A stretch of 64,000 nt of DNA from a virus, in IMG/VR virus record IMGVR_UViG_3300037483_000076, positions 1-64,000 of that record; one strand, given 5' to 3'. A model generated the notes under the pieces. The model saw only the letters and a list, made by a program, of their open reading frames with translations. It ran no database searches and was not told the DNA's origin. The translations under genes were made by a program, and so were the position numbers. Of this stretch, positions 48,827 through 58,832 are shown piece after piece (position 1 is the first letter of the stretch; each line of letters starts with the position of its first letter).

Positions 48827-49394
48827 ATCCTAGATCCCCACTATTAGTAAGAGAGTCGATAGTTGATTCAGTTAGAGCTTGTTCGTATATTTTCCACTCT
48901 TCACTAACTAACCATTTAGATAATCTCTTGAAATAAGACATCTTCCCCTCTTTCCGTTTGAGCGCTACTTCATACTTCAAGCACTCTAGAATATGTTGAT
49001 GTATAAAATACTTATTCTTAGTAATCTTTGAATAAGATACTTTACAACGTTTTAGATCATTTCTTAGAAAATCTTTAGTTCCATCAGGTCTTACAACCGA
49101 TGCTGGAAACACTTGTACCAACTCATCGAAGAAGTCGCCATTTGCGATTATTCGTAAAAAGTCAGGTTCTAAAGTTATCTTAATTGGATCATACTCATTT
49201 AAACTATTTGTGTTTGTTACAAATCCTAATAGATTGAATTTATCAAACAATCTCTTTTTCTCTTCACTATTATACAACAATAGGTATTTAGAGACTAGAT
49301 CATATTGTTTATCATAAATTAATTGTAATACAACGAATTCATCAACTTTAATAAGATTATTAATTAATGAATTTACATCTATTTGTATTAACAT
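48807..49394 (-). CDS. Putative replication initiator/helicase-loader partner
   Basis: Directly upstream of dnaB; FDEL...FP, L.KWL..EEW motifs. Confidence 0.5.
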   Translation of the reverse strand: MLIQIDVNSLINNLIKVDEFVVLQLIYDKQYDLVSKYLLLYNSEEKKRLFDKFNLLGFVTNTNSLNEYDPIKITLEPDFLRIIANGDFFDELVQVFPASVVRPDGTKDFLRNDLKRCKVSYSKITKNKYFIHQHILECLKYEVALKRKEGKMSYFKRLSKWLVSEEWKIYEQALTESTIDSLTNSGDLGYGNNLE

Positions 49395-49507
49395 TATAAT
49401 TGTTATTACTTGCTCATGTCTGCATTTTAATGCATTAAATAGATGTTTGTGAATTATGTAAGGCGTTATGAGCTGTTGTTTATTAATATTAGTTCCATAC
49501 TAAAAAG

Positions 49508-49825
49508 TTATTTGTTAACTTTGCGAAATTGATAAAATAAATATTTTTTTTTACCTCTGTTATTTATACAGAGACGTTGTTTATCCCTTAATTTAATAAG
49601 TCTATCTGGATCTATTTTAACTTTATAGTCAAATATTTCCATTATACTTACTGAATCAGCATCTGGGATAGATGCTCTATTAGATTGACCTCTTTCAAAG
49701 AATGTATATCCTTTAGGAGATTTAAGATCTCGTACTATATCTTGTAGAATAAGTAGTTCTGTGTCTGTAGGTTCGTAATCATCTGATATTATTGCGAATA
49801 CTACATCTATAGTAATGTTTGTCAT
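49508..49825 (-). CDS. Hypothetical protein
   Basis: 105-aa ORF in block orientation. Confidence 0.55.
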   Translation of the reverse strand: MTNITIDVVFAIISDDYEPTDTELLILQDIVRDLKSPKGYTFFERGQSNRASIPDADSVSIMEIFDYKVKIDPDRLIKLRDKQRLCINNRGKKKYLFYQFRKVNK

Positions 49826-49826
49826 T

Positions 49827-50216
49827 TTATTTGTTATTTATTGATAATTCATATTGAGCTTTACATATACTAATTAAGTCAGGATCATTAAATGAGTACA
49901 TATCTGGGATATCTAATACTACACATTTATTAGTAAATCCTAATTCTTCTATCTCATTTTTAACTTTGTTATAATTCTCAGAATTAACAAAAACTATTTC
50001 GTCTGCCCATGTTACAAGAGCTTCACTAATTGGAATTAATGCATATGATTCCTCTGTACCACAATTTCTTACATTATATCCATATTCTCTAATGAGAAAA
50101 TTTTGTAATGTAGCAGACCTTAGTAATCCAGCAGAACATACAGTAAGTATTTTCTTAATAGTTCCTTGATAAACATTACTAGTAGTAGCTAATTGATTTT
50201 TTGTTCCCTTTATCAT
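49827..50216 (-). CDS. Low-molecular-weight phosphatase-like protein (LMW-PTP fold)
   Basis: ILTVCSAGLLRSAT (CX5R P-loop), WADEIV, LDIPD. Confidence 0.85.
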   Translation of the reverse strand: MIKGTKNQLATTSNVYQGTIKKILTVCSAGLLRSATLQNFLIREYGYNVRNCGTEESYALIPISEALVTWADEIVFVNSENYNKVKNEIEELGFTNKCVVLDIPDMYSFNDPDLISICKAQYELSINNK

Positions 50217-52692
50217 TTCTCTATTTTGTTAATAATTTTATTACATTCATTGATATAATAGTTATAATTAATATCATATTCTGACATAGATAATTTCTTA
50301 TATCTATTGAATACTGTGGATAAATATCCTTTTTCAACACTAGTTTCTCTACCATCTTCATTACATTTAATAAATGTTTTTCCATTAGTAGATACATAAT
50401 ATCTAACGTTTTTTGATAATTTGTTAGCTATTTGATAAGTTTTTTTAAGTTCGTCAATAGATTGATTTAGTGCTGTGGATAATCTAACTCCTTTTTCCAT
50501 TTCTGGTTTAGTATAGAGATTACCAAGTTCGATCCAATCATATTCTTTTATAAACTCTATCTTCTCATCTTTATCATTAAAGATTGGGATAATAGGTTCT
50601 TGATCGTAATATCTTTCTTCTAACCACCATCCTTTAACGGTTTTAACTCGTTTACAGAAATGGTATATGTTACCATGATTTAGTATAGTTTCTTCAATAG
50701 GTATGTTATTTATGAAGTAATTTGTTAATGCTATACGAACTATGCGCATAGAGTTATTCTTATGAATCTCTGACTCTATTTCAAAGTCACCTTTACGTTT
50801 AATCTCATTGTTATTATCTAAAGCAATGTAATCGTTTACAGATGTTTGAATTAAGAGTTTGTAATCTTTGTATTCAAGTTGACCTGATTCACTATTACCT
50901 ACTTTCTTTTCCCATTCATGACATATATCATAATACTTATTATTGAGATGTTTATCAAATAGACACACTATACCATCTGTATTAGCAGATACTACATGTA
51001 TATTATTTAACTCCATATCTTCTATAAGCATTAGAATCTCAAATTGATTACCAATTGTACAAGAGAATTGTACTAATGGATCAAATTGCCATGAATTTAT
51101 TTCATTGGTTTTACCAAAACCTCCCATACCACTATAGTTTTCACTACCGATCAAATACATTCGCGTTCACGTCTATGCCTAATTGTTTGTGGTCTGGACT
51201 ATATCTTAATAAACTGAAAGCCAACTTTTACTGCCCTTTGTGGGGCAAGCGACAGGACTCGAACCTGTTCTTAATAGTTTATTTTCCTGCATTTCTATTA
51301 TTTCTAATAGGTCTCTCGACAGTCTCTACGGCTGAATCTAATAAATCCCATATTTGTAATATCCGAATCATACGATCCGAATATAAAATTTATTAACCTA
51401 TGCCTCGGTATTAGCTTGTTATATTTAAGTGTTTATAGAAAGTTGCGAACTTCATATAACTGGTACACATAATTTAGCTTTCACCGATATTCAGGAATTT
51501 AAAAACGGCAGCTACGTTTACCGTTTAAAGCTAATTTAAATACCTCTTGTATAGAGTTATATTTAGCTTTCTTTGTTTTCTTATAAGTAGATTTAGCATC
51601 TAATCTACGAGATATATTATCTTTATATCCTTGTATCCATGCTTCACCTAAGTGTCTAGGATAGAGATTACGTTTGACAATAGCATTTGGGTATTGACTA
51701 CCTACATCTGCGTCACGAAGTATTTGTGACTCAGTGGGAATTAACTTCCTAGGCTTATCAACAGAATGTAATCCTCCTCTAGCTATAGTATAACTAGTAT
51801 CTTTAAATTCTAAATTAAAGATCTGTTTCTCTCCGTCTGTATCTTGTATTACAGGAGTATCTCTAATTAGATTATAAAAATCATTAAGTTCTTGTGTCTT
51901 AAAGTGTACGTAATTAGGAATACATTGTCCAAATGTAAAATTATCTATAAACTTAGGAAGTACTTTAATTTGTTTCCAATCTAATCCTGAGTTCTTAGAG
52001 TAATTAAGCTTGTTTAGTTCATCACCAATCTTAACATCATTGTAGTTAATACAATTGATACCAAACTCAGCTTGTATATCCTTACGTAATTGTAATTTAT
52101 CCTTACCTTTATATAGAGGATTTTCTGTATCTCCTATAGTAATCTTATAGAATTCATATGTAGCTAATACATCATTTAAGTTATAAGATAAGATATCAGT
52201 TACTTCTTCATCTGTAACATAATGACTAGGTTCAAATGGCATATCCTCGACATTTTCAAAGTCCATAGCTATTTCTACAGCCTTTAACGAGGTATGTTTA
52301 GCTTTATTATCAAAATGCCAGATCTTAAATAGATCTAATTGAGGAATAAGAGTTTTCCATTCAGGTATACTAGACCATTCTGTATTAATTACTTCATTAG
52401 ATTTGTTATAAATTAGATTAGTTAAATAATCTGGATATTCTGATATAGAATGTCCAAATAGTTCTAAATCTTTATATGTTAACAAATAGTGTAATATAGG
52501 GTAGTCATAATTTATATTATTAAATCCTATTAATCCCAAAACTTCGGTTTGTAAAAATTTGATATATTCTGAAAAGTCATTTCTGGATTTATGTATTACG
52601 AATTGTCTAATCTCCTGATTATCTATTGCTAAAAATGTAGCAGTATGAATATTCAACAGTACCTCAATATCGTAGACCCAGACTCTCTTCAT
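50213..52692 (-). CDS. polB: Family B DNA polymerase, two exons (52692-51520 and 51124-50213; 694 aa spliced)
   Basis: Exo motifs YDIE, GFNNINYD, YNLND; motif A DVGSQYPN; motif B KLALNG|GGFGK joined across intron; motif C NTDG. Confidence 0.9.
51125..51519 (-). mobile_element. Group I intron (IA2-like), 395 nt, no endonuclease ORF
   Basis: P1 AAACGGU/GCCGUUU with U-G at splice site; P ATATCGGTGAAAG, Q GCTAATACCGAG, R CGTAGAGACTG, S AAGATATAGTCC; P3 TTCCTG/CAGGAA; terminal G; removal restores frame. Confidence 0.92.
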
Positions 52693-52696
52693 ATTG

Positions 52697-53140
52697 TTAT
52701 CCTTTCTTTATAACGTTTTGGAAAGCTTGTTTCATATTTTCAGATAGTCTATTAGGTATTTGTTCTAATATTCTATTTATATGACTAACATCCATATCCT
52801 TTACTAATCTAGTGATTGGTTCATCTAGTATGACATTGTCTTTATCGTACAGAGAAGTCCAATATAGACATTCTTCTGGAGCAATTCCTTGATCAATAAG
52901 TATATCTGATTCTTCATCAATCCATGCTTTCATATTATCAGGAATTAGAGTTAGATTAATCAGAGCTTGACCAATACGTTGATCTGAATTATCTACCCAG
53001 TAGTCTAAGAAGTTAGTGTACAACTCTGTATTATACTCCTGTGACTTTTCTAGGAAATGTAAATCCATACTCCATCTTTCTCCTAATTGCTTCCAACTAA
53101 CTTTTCGTAAAAAGTTGTCAATTCTTTCAATAGGTCTCAT
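52697..53140 (-). CDS. Hypothetical protein
   Basis: MRPIERID...DQRIGQ.LINL; KDMDVSHINRIL. Confidence 0.65.
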   Translation of the reverse strand: MRPIERIDNFLRKVSWKQLGERWSMDLHFLEKSQEYNTELYTNFLDYWVDNSDQRIGQALINLTLIPDNMKAWIDEESDILIDQGIAPEECLYWTSLYDKDNVILDEPITRLVKDMDVSHINRILEQIPNRLSENMKQAFQNVIKKG

Positions 53141-53670
53141 TTCATTATTTCTTTTAATTGATCTAGACTGATAGGAGTATAATTATTTACTTCTACAGAA
53201 CAGTCAAATCGTTTAGTTCCTATGTTTTTATCCTGCATACTACCGTGAGTATGTCCATGTAGATGCCAAGCACCTTTTTCTTTGTGTCTCCAACTTATCA
53301 TTGGGTAATGACATAATACAATCTCTTGTACATAACCTTTATCGTCTATAAAATCAACTTGTTTTATATCTGATATAGATTCCCAACAATTAACAAATGT
53401 ACTAGCAATCTTATAGTCATGATTACCTTTTATCAAATGTTTATGTCCATTTAATTGCCAGAATATGCTTTCAGCAAATAACTTAGAACACTTGTAAGCA
53501 AAATCACCTATAAAGTATGTAGTATCTTCTTCTTTAACAACTGAATTCCAATTGTTAATCATTTGTCGGTTCATCTGATGTACAGACTGGAATTCTGGTC
53601 TAACTGAACCATTATCCCATTTAAGAGCTCCTTGGTGACCCCAGTGGGTATCAGATATAAAGTACTCCAT
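53137..53670 (-). CDS. Calcineurin-like metallophosphoesterase
   Basis: SDTHWGH, GDF, GNHD, LCHYP, HLHGHTH; start re-assigned to MEYF at 53670. Confidence 0.88.
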   Translation of the reverse strand: MEYFISDTHWGHQGALKWDNGSVRPEFQSVHQMNRQMINNWNSVVKEEDTTYFIGDFAYKCSKLFAESIFWQLNGHKHLIKGNHDYKIASTFVNCWESISDIKQVDFIDDKGYVQEIVLCHYPMISWRHKEKGAWHLHGHTHGSMQDKNIGTKRFDCSVEVNNYTPISLDQLKEIMK

Positions 53671-53671
53671 A

Positions 53672-53779
53672 TTATTTGTTATTAAAATTACAATGAGGAC
53701 ATATATATCCCCAATCTCTTTTATCAAATGATATACCACAATTACTGCAAGTACACCATAGTTCGTGATTATGTAACAT
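53672..53779 (-). CDS. 35-aa zinc-ribbon protein, not in ORF track
   Basis: MLHNHELWCTCSNCGISFDKRDWGYICPHCNFNNK (CxxC-x12-CxxC); stop 1 nt before phosphoesterase ATG. Confidence 0.75.
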   Translation of the reverse strand: MLHNHELWCTCSNCGISFDKRDWGYICPHCNFNNK

Positions 53780-53875
53780 ATTAATTGAAATTTCGAAATT
53801 TTATGATTTGTATTAGTACCACTTGTTGAATCGAACATACATTCTTATTATTTCGGATTAACCGTTAGTGGTATA

Positions 53876-54017
53876 ATAAAAGATTATCTATTCTCAAGGT
53901 TTCTGAATAATTCACTACTACAAACCTTTTTTTGCTTTTGATGGGATGAATGGCCCTAGAATTATTTACAGTTCTCCTTAGTATTTCTACTTTAGTGTGT
54001 TTTGAATAGATAATCTT
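53876..54017 (-). other. Structured intergenic element (14-bp closing stem, 110-nt loop)
   Basis: AAGATTATCTATTC (53880-53893) / GAATAGATAATCTT (54004-54017); inner AATAATTC/GAATTATT. Confidence 0.55.
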
Positions 54018-54023
54018 AAATTG

Positions 54024-54707
54024 TTAATAAGTAATATCGTCAAATATTACAGGAACTTTACTCTTTATTTCTTCTAATAAAGGGATAGTTAATTCTCTCA
54101 TTTGTGGATGTGCTGCTTTTGCACAACGTAATCTAAAGAAATGTCTCCATTCTCTAAGATTCATTTTAACATTTATCTCTGTTTTAAGAGAATTAGGAAG
54201 TACAGAACGAGCTTGTTGTGGTTGCCATCCTTGTTCTATTAGATATAAATAACTTGCTTCAGATTGAAGTAAATTAAATCCATATCTTCCAATAGGAGTA
54301 TTATCTTGATTTTTCATATTATTGAATTTCAAGAAATCATCTACATTATTAAATTCACCCTCTTGTATATCTAACCAAGATGGTATTATAAATGTCAAAT
54401 GTCCACCAAATTGTCCTTTAGAATAATTTACATATCTAGTACTTTCTTGAGCAAATGATGCAATACGATGACGTACTAATTCATGTGATACTCCTCTATC
54501 ACAAACAAATTTAACTGTAATATCAAAGAATTCAATCATTGCTTCATGACCTCTTTCTATTAAAGCTTTAACTAATTTAGGAGCAGATTCGTTTGTTATT
54601 TTGTCTTCTGATTTATAACAAGTTCTAGCTACTTTTTCAAGTGTTTTTAGCACTTCTTCTCCATTGATAGGAGTTAGAATTTCTGTTGATGGTTTGATTA
54701 ATTTCAT
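54024..54707 (-). CDS. thyX: Flavin-dependent thymidylate synthase
   Basis: RGVSHELVRHRIASFAQESTRY, ARSVLP, NLREWRHF..LR...AHPQ. Confidence 0.96.
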   Translation of the reverse strand: MKLIKPSTEILTPINGEEVLKTLEKVARTCYKSEDKITNESAPKLVKALIERGHEAMIEFFDITVKFVCDRGVSHELVRHRIASFAQESTRYVNYSKGQFGGHLTFIIPSWLDIQEGEFNNVDDFLKFNNMKNQDNTPIGRYGFNLLQSEASYLYLIEQGWQPQQARSVLPNSLKTEINVKMNLREWRHFFRLRCAKAAHPQMRELTIPLLEEIKSKVPVIFDDITY

Positions 54708-54708
54708 A

Positions 54709-55146
54709 TTATTTGATTATTTCTTGAGCATGTTCCCCATCATCAATACTTTGAAAATGATAACTTTTATTTTCAGCTTCTAACCATTCAAGCCTAATTC
54801 CATTGAATAGATCAACTAAATACTCCATATTATTGGTTTCTTTATATAAAGTTAGTCTTCGTTGAAGAAACTCTTTATAATCATATTTACCAATATTTTC
54901 CCTAGTTTTACTACCATATCTAAAGGTTCCTTGCATCATTCGATGATCGGCTAGTTTATTTACAATTTCTGTAGTTTTTTGTAGAAAATCTGGAATAGAT
55001 AAGTTAATTAAATCTTCTATTGATTTTATACTACCTGAATCTATTTTATCACGTTTATCATAATCAATCTCAGATAAACCACATTTCCACTTCCAAGCAT
55101 TGTCCATGAAAAATTCGTTAATTCTTATTTTCTTATCCATGTACAA
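54709..55146 (-). CDS. Hypothetical protein, possibly all-alpha nucleotide pyrophosphohydrolase-like
   Basis: RMMQGTFRYG...YKETNNMEYLVD..N pattern; next to thyX. Confidence 0.4.
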   Translation of the reverse strand: MYMDKKIRINEFFMDNAWKWKCGLSEIDYDKRDKIDSGSIKSIEDLINLSIPDFLQKTTEIVNKLADHRMMQGTFRYGSKTRENIGKYDYKEFLQRRLTLYKETNNMEYLVDLFNGIRLEWLEAENKSYHFQSIDDGEHAQEIIK

Positions 55147-57337
55147 TTTTTATAGTATTTTTAACTTTTAAATATTTTTTTGTCTTAACTTCTGGAATAG
55201 GAGTTACCCATTTCTTTGTTTTCTTAAACGGGCTTCTCAAAGGATTATACCTTCTAATCCATTTAGTAAATTCCCAGATATTCTCACTAATTATAGTGGA
55301 ACTAGTTTTGTCAAATCTCTTCTTTATAAGAGGAGACGGTTGTTCTACACCTTTCTTAATAACTCTAGGTATTACCACTGTTTTGGCCTCTAGGAAGCCT
55401 CTAGTTGAACTATCTTTCTTTTCTGGTATAAGTACCTTATCTGATAGTATCTCTTCACTACGGTGCTTAAATAGGGCAAAATCAAGGACTTCTGTTACAG
55501 ATGCTTGTAATTTCTTATAAGATCTATTAATAGCCTTTTCCATATTTGGAGCAATAACTGTAGATATAAATTCAGCAGTACCTGTTTTATCAGGAATATG
55601 TTTGTCTATAGTTACAATGTAGTTATGAAGATCTTTCTTTGATAATTTGTTAGAATTACCATTGTGTTTTTTAATACGTAAAGGTTTCTTCTGACTAGTA
55701 GCTCTTACCTTTTTAGTGATTACTAAATCCGATGTAATTGGAACAAATATCATTTCATATGTAGGTGGAGTACCTTTTATTGGATCAGCTTTAACAATTA
55801 TAACATTGTTAAATTTACCTAAACACTTTTCACCATATACAGGATCAAAATCTTGAGTGACTTCATTCCATTCCCAATCAATAATAGGACTACCTTTAAT
55901 TAGATCTTTTCTATCTTTAAAAGGAATTACTTCTATAATGGTCTTTATATCATTGTGATTAGAAGATATTTTTCTAGGAGATTTCTCTCTAGGAATGTAT
56001 ATACCGTTGTCTCCTAATGCAGGAGTAAATGATTTACCTAGTTTTACTTTCTTTAATTTCTTTACCTCAACTTTACTAAAAAACTTATATTTAAATGGAG
56101 ACTTCTTAACTAACTTATCAGCTAATCTCCAATACACTCTCTTAATCTTACTACCATCCATTGTTCCTACATAAACTAGTCTATTTTCAGATAATTCATG
56201 TTTAGTAACTTTACTAGGACTCCACTTATACGAAATTTTAGGAGGAAAGGATGCCGCTTTTAATTCTTCCTCTGATTTTGTTATTAATTGAACTTTTAAT
56301 GTACCAATTTTTTGCTTCTGTTTTCTTTGAGTAACAGGATACATTCTATCTTTTTCACCTTGAATAAATAATTCATTGCCCAATGAATCTTTAACTGGGA
56401 CTATTGACTTTTTTTTAGTCATAATTTCTTTATGTTGCGATTTGTATAATTCCGAATCTACTAACTTATCTGGAATGTCTTTTTTAATTGTTCCAGAATT
56501 TACTAATTCCATCCATACTTGTTTACGAAGTACTTCATCTGTCATTAGTACATCTTCTTTTTTATAGTCTGTGAAGATATAGACTTGATCTTTTGAATTT
56601 ACGTGATCAAATGGAGTAGCATACTTCGAGTTATTCTCTATTTCAAATTCACATCCACCACCAGTGATTCTATATAGTGCTCCATTTATCTCTAATATTT
56701 TTCCCATTCGTCTAATATGATGATTAGATTCATCTGGATATATATCTTGATCTAAAGTCATATTAGTTAATAACTCTTCAGCTTGATCAGTACTATATAT
56801 ACCACTAGATCTATAGATATTGTCTTTATTATAACCAGGAACTATAATTTGTCTAATAGGATGAGATGAATGAACCCCCATTCCAATCCATTTATTTGAA
56901 TCACTTTTTATTCCTTCTACATAGAAGTAATAGAGTTTCATCTTTGATATTTTTTGATTGATTGTTTCATAACTATAATCTTTATAACCTCTCCCATATC
57001 TATTTTTGGATAGTTTATATGACCAATAACTCCATTTTACAGTAATAGGAAATCGAAATGAACAATTATTACGTAATTCTGCTGTTTTTGTTGGAATATT
57101 TATATATACAATAGTGTCATCACGAACTACTCTAGTATATCCAATCTCAGTCATTTGTTTAATTCGATCTATTGTTAAATCTTCAAATCCTTTTGTCTTA
57201 GTCCAAAATATAGTTTTAACTATTCCTTCAGTTTTTACTAAGGATATATATTCGAACTCAAAGTTATCTGTAAATTCATCAATAGTTGGAAGTCGATAAT
57301 CATCGAATTTATTCCAATTTACTATTTTTTCTTGCAT
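55133..57337 (-). CDS. Large Lys-rich hypothetical protein
   Basis: 734 aa, strongly basic C-terminal half; no motif recognised. Confidence 0.65.
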   Translation of the reverse strand: MQEKIVNWNKFDDYRLPTIDEFTDNFEFEYISLVKTEGIVKTIFWTKTKGFEDLTIDRIKQMTEIGYTRVVRDDTIVYINIPTKTAELRNNCSFRFPITVKWSYWSYKLSKNRYGRGYKDYSYETINQKISKMKLYYFYVEGIKSDSNKWIGMGVHSSHPIRQIIVPGYNKDNIYRSSGIYSTDQAEELLTNMTLDQDIYPDESNHHIRRMGKILEINGALYRITGGGCEFEIENNSKYATPFDHVNSKDQVYIFTDYKKEDVLMTDEVLRKQVWMELVNSGTIKKDIPDKLVDSELYKSQHKEIMTKKKSIVPVKDSLGNELFIQGEKDRMYPVTQRKQKQKIGTLKVQLITKSEEELKAASFPPKISYKWSPSKVTKHELSENRLVYVGTMDGSKIKRVYWRLADKLVKKSPFKYKFFSKVEVKKLKKVKLGKSFTPALGDNGIYIPREKSPRKISSNHNDIKTIIEVIPFKDRKDLIKGSPIIDWEWNEVTQDFDPVYGEKCLGKFNNVIIVKADPIKGTPPTYEMIFVPITSDLVITKKVRATSQKKPLRIKKHNGNSNKLSKKDLHNYIVTIDKHIPDKTGTAEFISTVIAPNMEKAINRSYKKLQASVTEVLDFALFKHRSEEILSDKVLIPEKKDSSTRGFLEAKTVVIPRVIKKGVEQPSPLIKKRFDKTSSTIISENIWEFTKWIRRYNPLRSPFKKTKKWVTPIPEVKTKKYLKVKNTIKIVHG
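55385..55477. repeat. Dispersed element, copy 5 (inside 734-aa gene)
   Basis: GC at 55397 and 55465; outer GGCC and GGGC patches. Confidence 0.55.
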
Positions 57338-57528
57338 AGCTTTTTAAATTGCTTTCTGCCCATCCCTGGAGTACTGATAATTGTACCGGAAACTGTAAAT
57401 TTCATAAATACTTTTTCAGGTCTGTTAGTATCATATAATTTTATAGCATCATCTCTAATAATACTATATTTATCCATAAGATATTTAGTTTTTTTACGGA
57501 GATTATGTTTCTTTCTATTTTTTGACAT
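57322..57528 (-). CDS. Small basic hypothetical protein
   Basis: 68 aa; C-terminal IISTPGMG. Confidence 0.5.
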   Translation of the reverse strand: MSKNRKKHNLRKKTKYLMDKYSIIRDDAIKLYDTNRPEKVFMKFTVSGTIISTPGMGRKQFKKLCKKK

Positions 57529-58078
57529 TTTTTATATTTTTTAAATACCATTCATATCCAAAGAATCTACCTTGTTTAAAATTGTGATTTACAATAGCTC
57601 CTACCTTAAGTCTAGCTTTTCTTCTTTGTTTACAATTTAATTTCTTTTCCATTGTTGATTTTCTATGTATAAAACAATTTGAATTTTCTGGTTGACAAAT
57701 ATTTGGACTTAGTTTAACTAATTTATCAAATTTAATACAAGCTGACCCCTCTCTGTTTAAGTATTTACAGTCATTACAATTTGTATCTATTAATTGACAC
57801 TCATATGATTCAAATTGTTTAGATTTTTGTAATAGATCTTTATGGATAGGTTTCCATATAAATGGAGTCCAATAACTTATTCTTACTGCTATTGTATCTA
57901 TACTTAATAATACTCCAGATTCACAACAATATTTAGATGGAATCCAATATTTATGAAAAAGATTATTAAAGAATTGTTGTCTATCTGGTTTTTCTTTTAT
58001 CCACTTTTCATAGAATTCACTTAAATTATCTGAAAAACATGCTTGGATAAAGTAATCTTTTTCGGATAACTGTTTCAT
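57515..58078 (-). CDS. Cys-rich hypothetical protein
   Basis: ECQLIDTNCNDCK...C...CQPEN..CF.HR. Confidence 0.6.
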   Translation of the reverse strand: MKQLSEKDYFIQACFSDNLSEFYEKWIKEKPDRQQFFNNLFHKYWIPSKYCCESGVLLSIDTIAVRISYWTPFIWKPIHKDLLQKSKQFESYECQLIDTNCNDCKYLNREGSACIKFDKLVKLSPNICQPENSNCFIHRKSTMEKKLNCKQRRKARLKVGAIVNHNFKQGRFFGYEWYLKNIKNVKK

Positions 58079-58079
58079 A

Positions 58080-58832
58080 TTACCAATTTATTATTGATTT
58101 GTTCTGACTCTCTAATATTTGATTAGTCTTATAGAAATGTTTACATCCAAAGAATCCTGTATAAGCACTAAATGGACTTGGATGCGCTGCTTCCAATATA
58201 TAGTGTTTAGATTGATCTATTAATCTCTTACATTTTTGAGCATGTTTACCCCATAGTATAAATACTATTCCTGATTCACTAAATTGTGATATTCTTTGTA
58301 TAGTTACATCAGTTAATATATTCCATCCTATATCTAAATGAGAATTAGGTTGTCCTTCTCTTACAGTAAGACTAGTGTTAAGTAGTAATACTCCTTGTTC
58401 TGCCCATCTAGTTAAATCACCATGTTCTGGGATAGATTTACCTAAATCACTATCTAATTCTTTAAATATGTTTTGTAATGATGGAGGTATTTTACAACCT
58501 TCCTGTACACTAAATGCTAATCCATGAGCTTGATTTGGACCATGATAAGGATTTTGTCCTATTATAACAACTTTTACTTTTTCAAATGAAGTTGTATTAT
58601 AAGCGTTAAATATATCTGTAAAATAAGGATATATCTGTTTACCAGGAGTAGTTCTAGTATCGTATTTAAGATTATGAGGTAATAAGTTAGATAGTTTAAC
58701 ATCTATTGATGGTTGCCAACCTAATTCTTCTTTTAATGCTTTCATTGTAGCACTAAAATAAGGAGACTCGAAGTAATCCTTTAATAAAGAGTACCACGAG
58801 TCTTCTATTTGTAATATATCAACTTGTTTCAT
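58080..58832 (-). CDS. ung: Family 1 uracil-DNA glycosylase with GQNPYH in place of GQDPYH
   Basis: VKVVIIGQNPYH, AHGLAFS, PPSLQNI, QGVLLLN, LWG, HPSP. Confidence 0.93.
   Translation of the reverse strand: MKQVDILQIEDSWYSLLKDYFESPYFSATMKALKEELGWQPSIDVKLSNLLPHNLKYDTRTTPGKQIYPYFTDIFNAYNTTSFEKVKVVIIGQNPYHGPNQAHGLAFSVQEGCKIPPSLQNIFKELDSDLGKSIPEHGDLTRWAEQGVLLLNTSLTVREGQPNSHLDIGWNILTDVTIQRISQFSESGIVFILWGKHAQKCKRLIDQSKHYILEAAHPSPFSAYTGFFGCKHFYKTNQILESQNKSIINW

Noticed and set aside
51055-51396. 113-aa + strand ORF as intron-encoded protein
   Set aside because: Antisense to the intron and polB, no endonuclease motif
50213-52692. PolB as pseudogene, frameshift or two-subunit enzyme
   Set aside because: Complete group I intron core and in-frame splice junction explain the split
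53671-53838. N-terminal membrane extension on the phosphoesterase
   Set aside because: Better explained by the zinc-ribbon gene in another frame and a start at 53670
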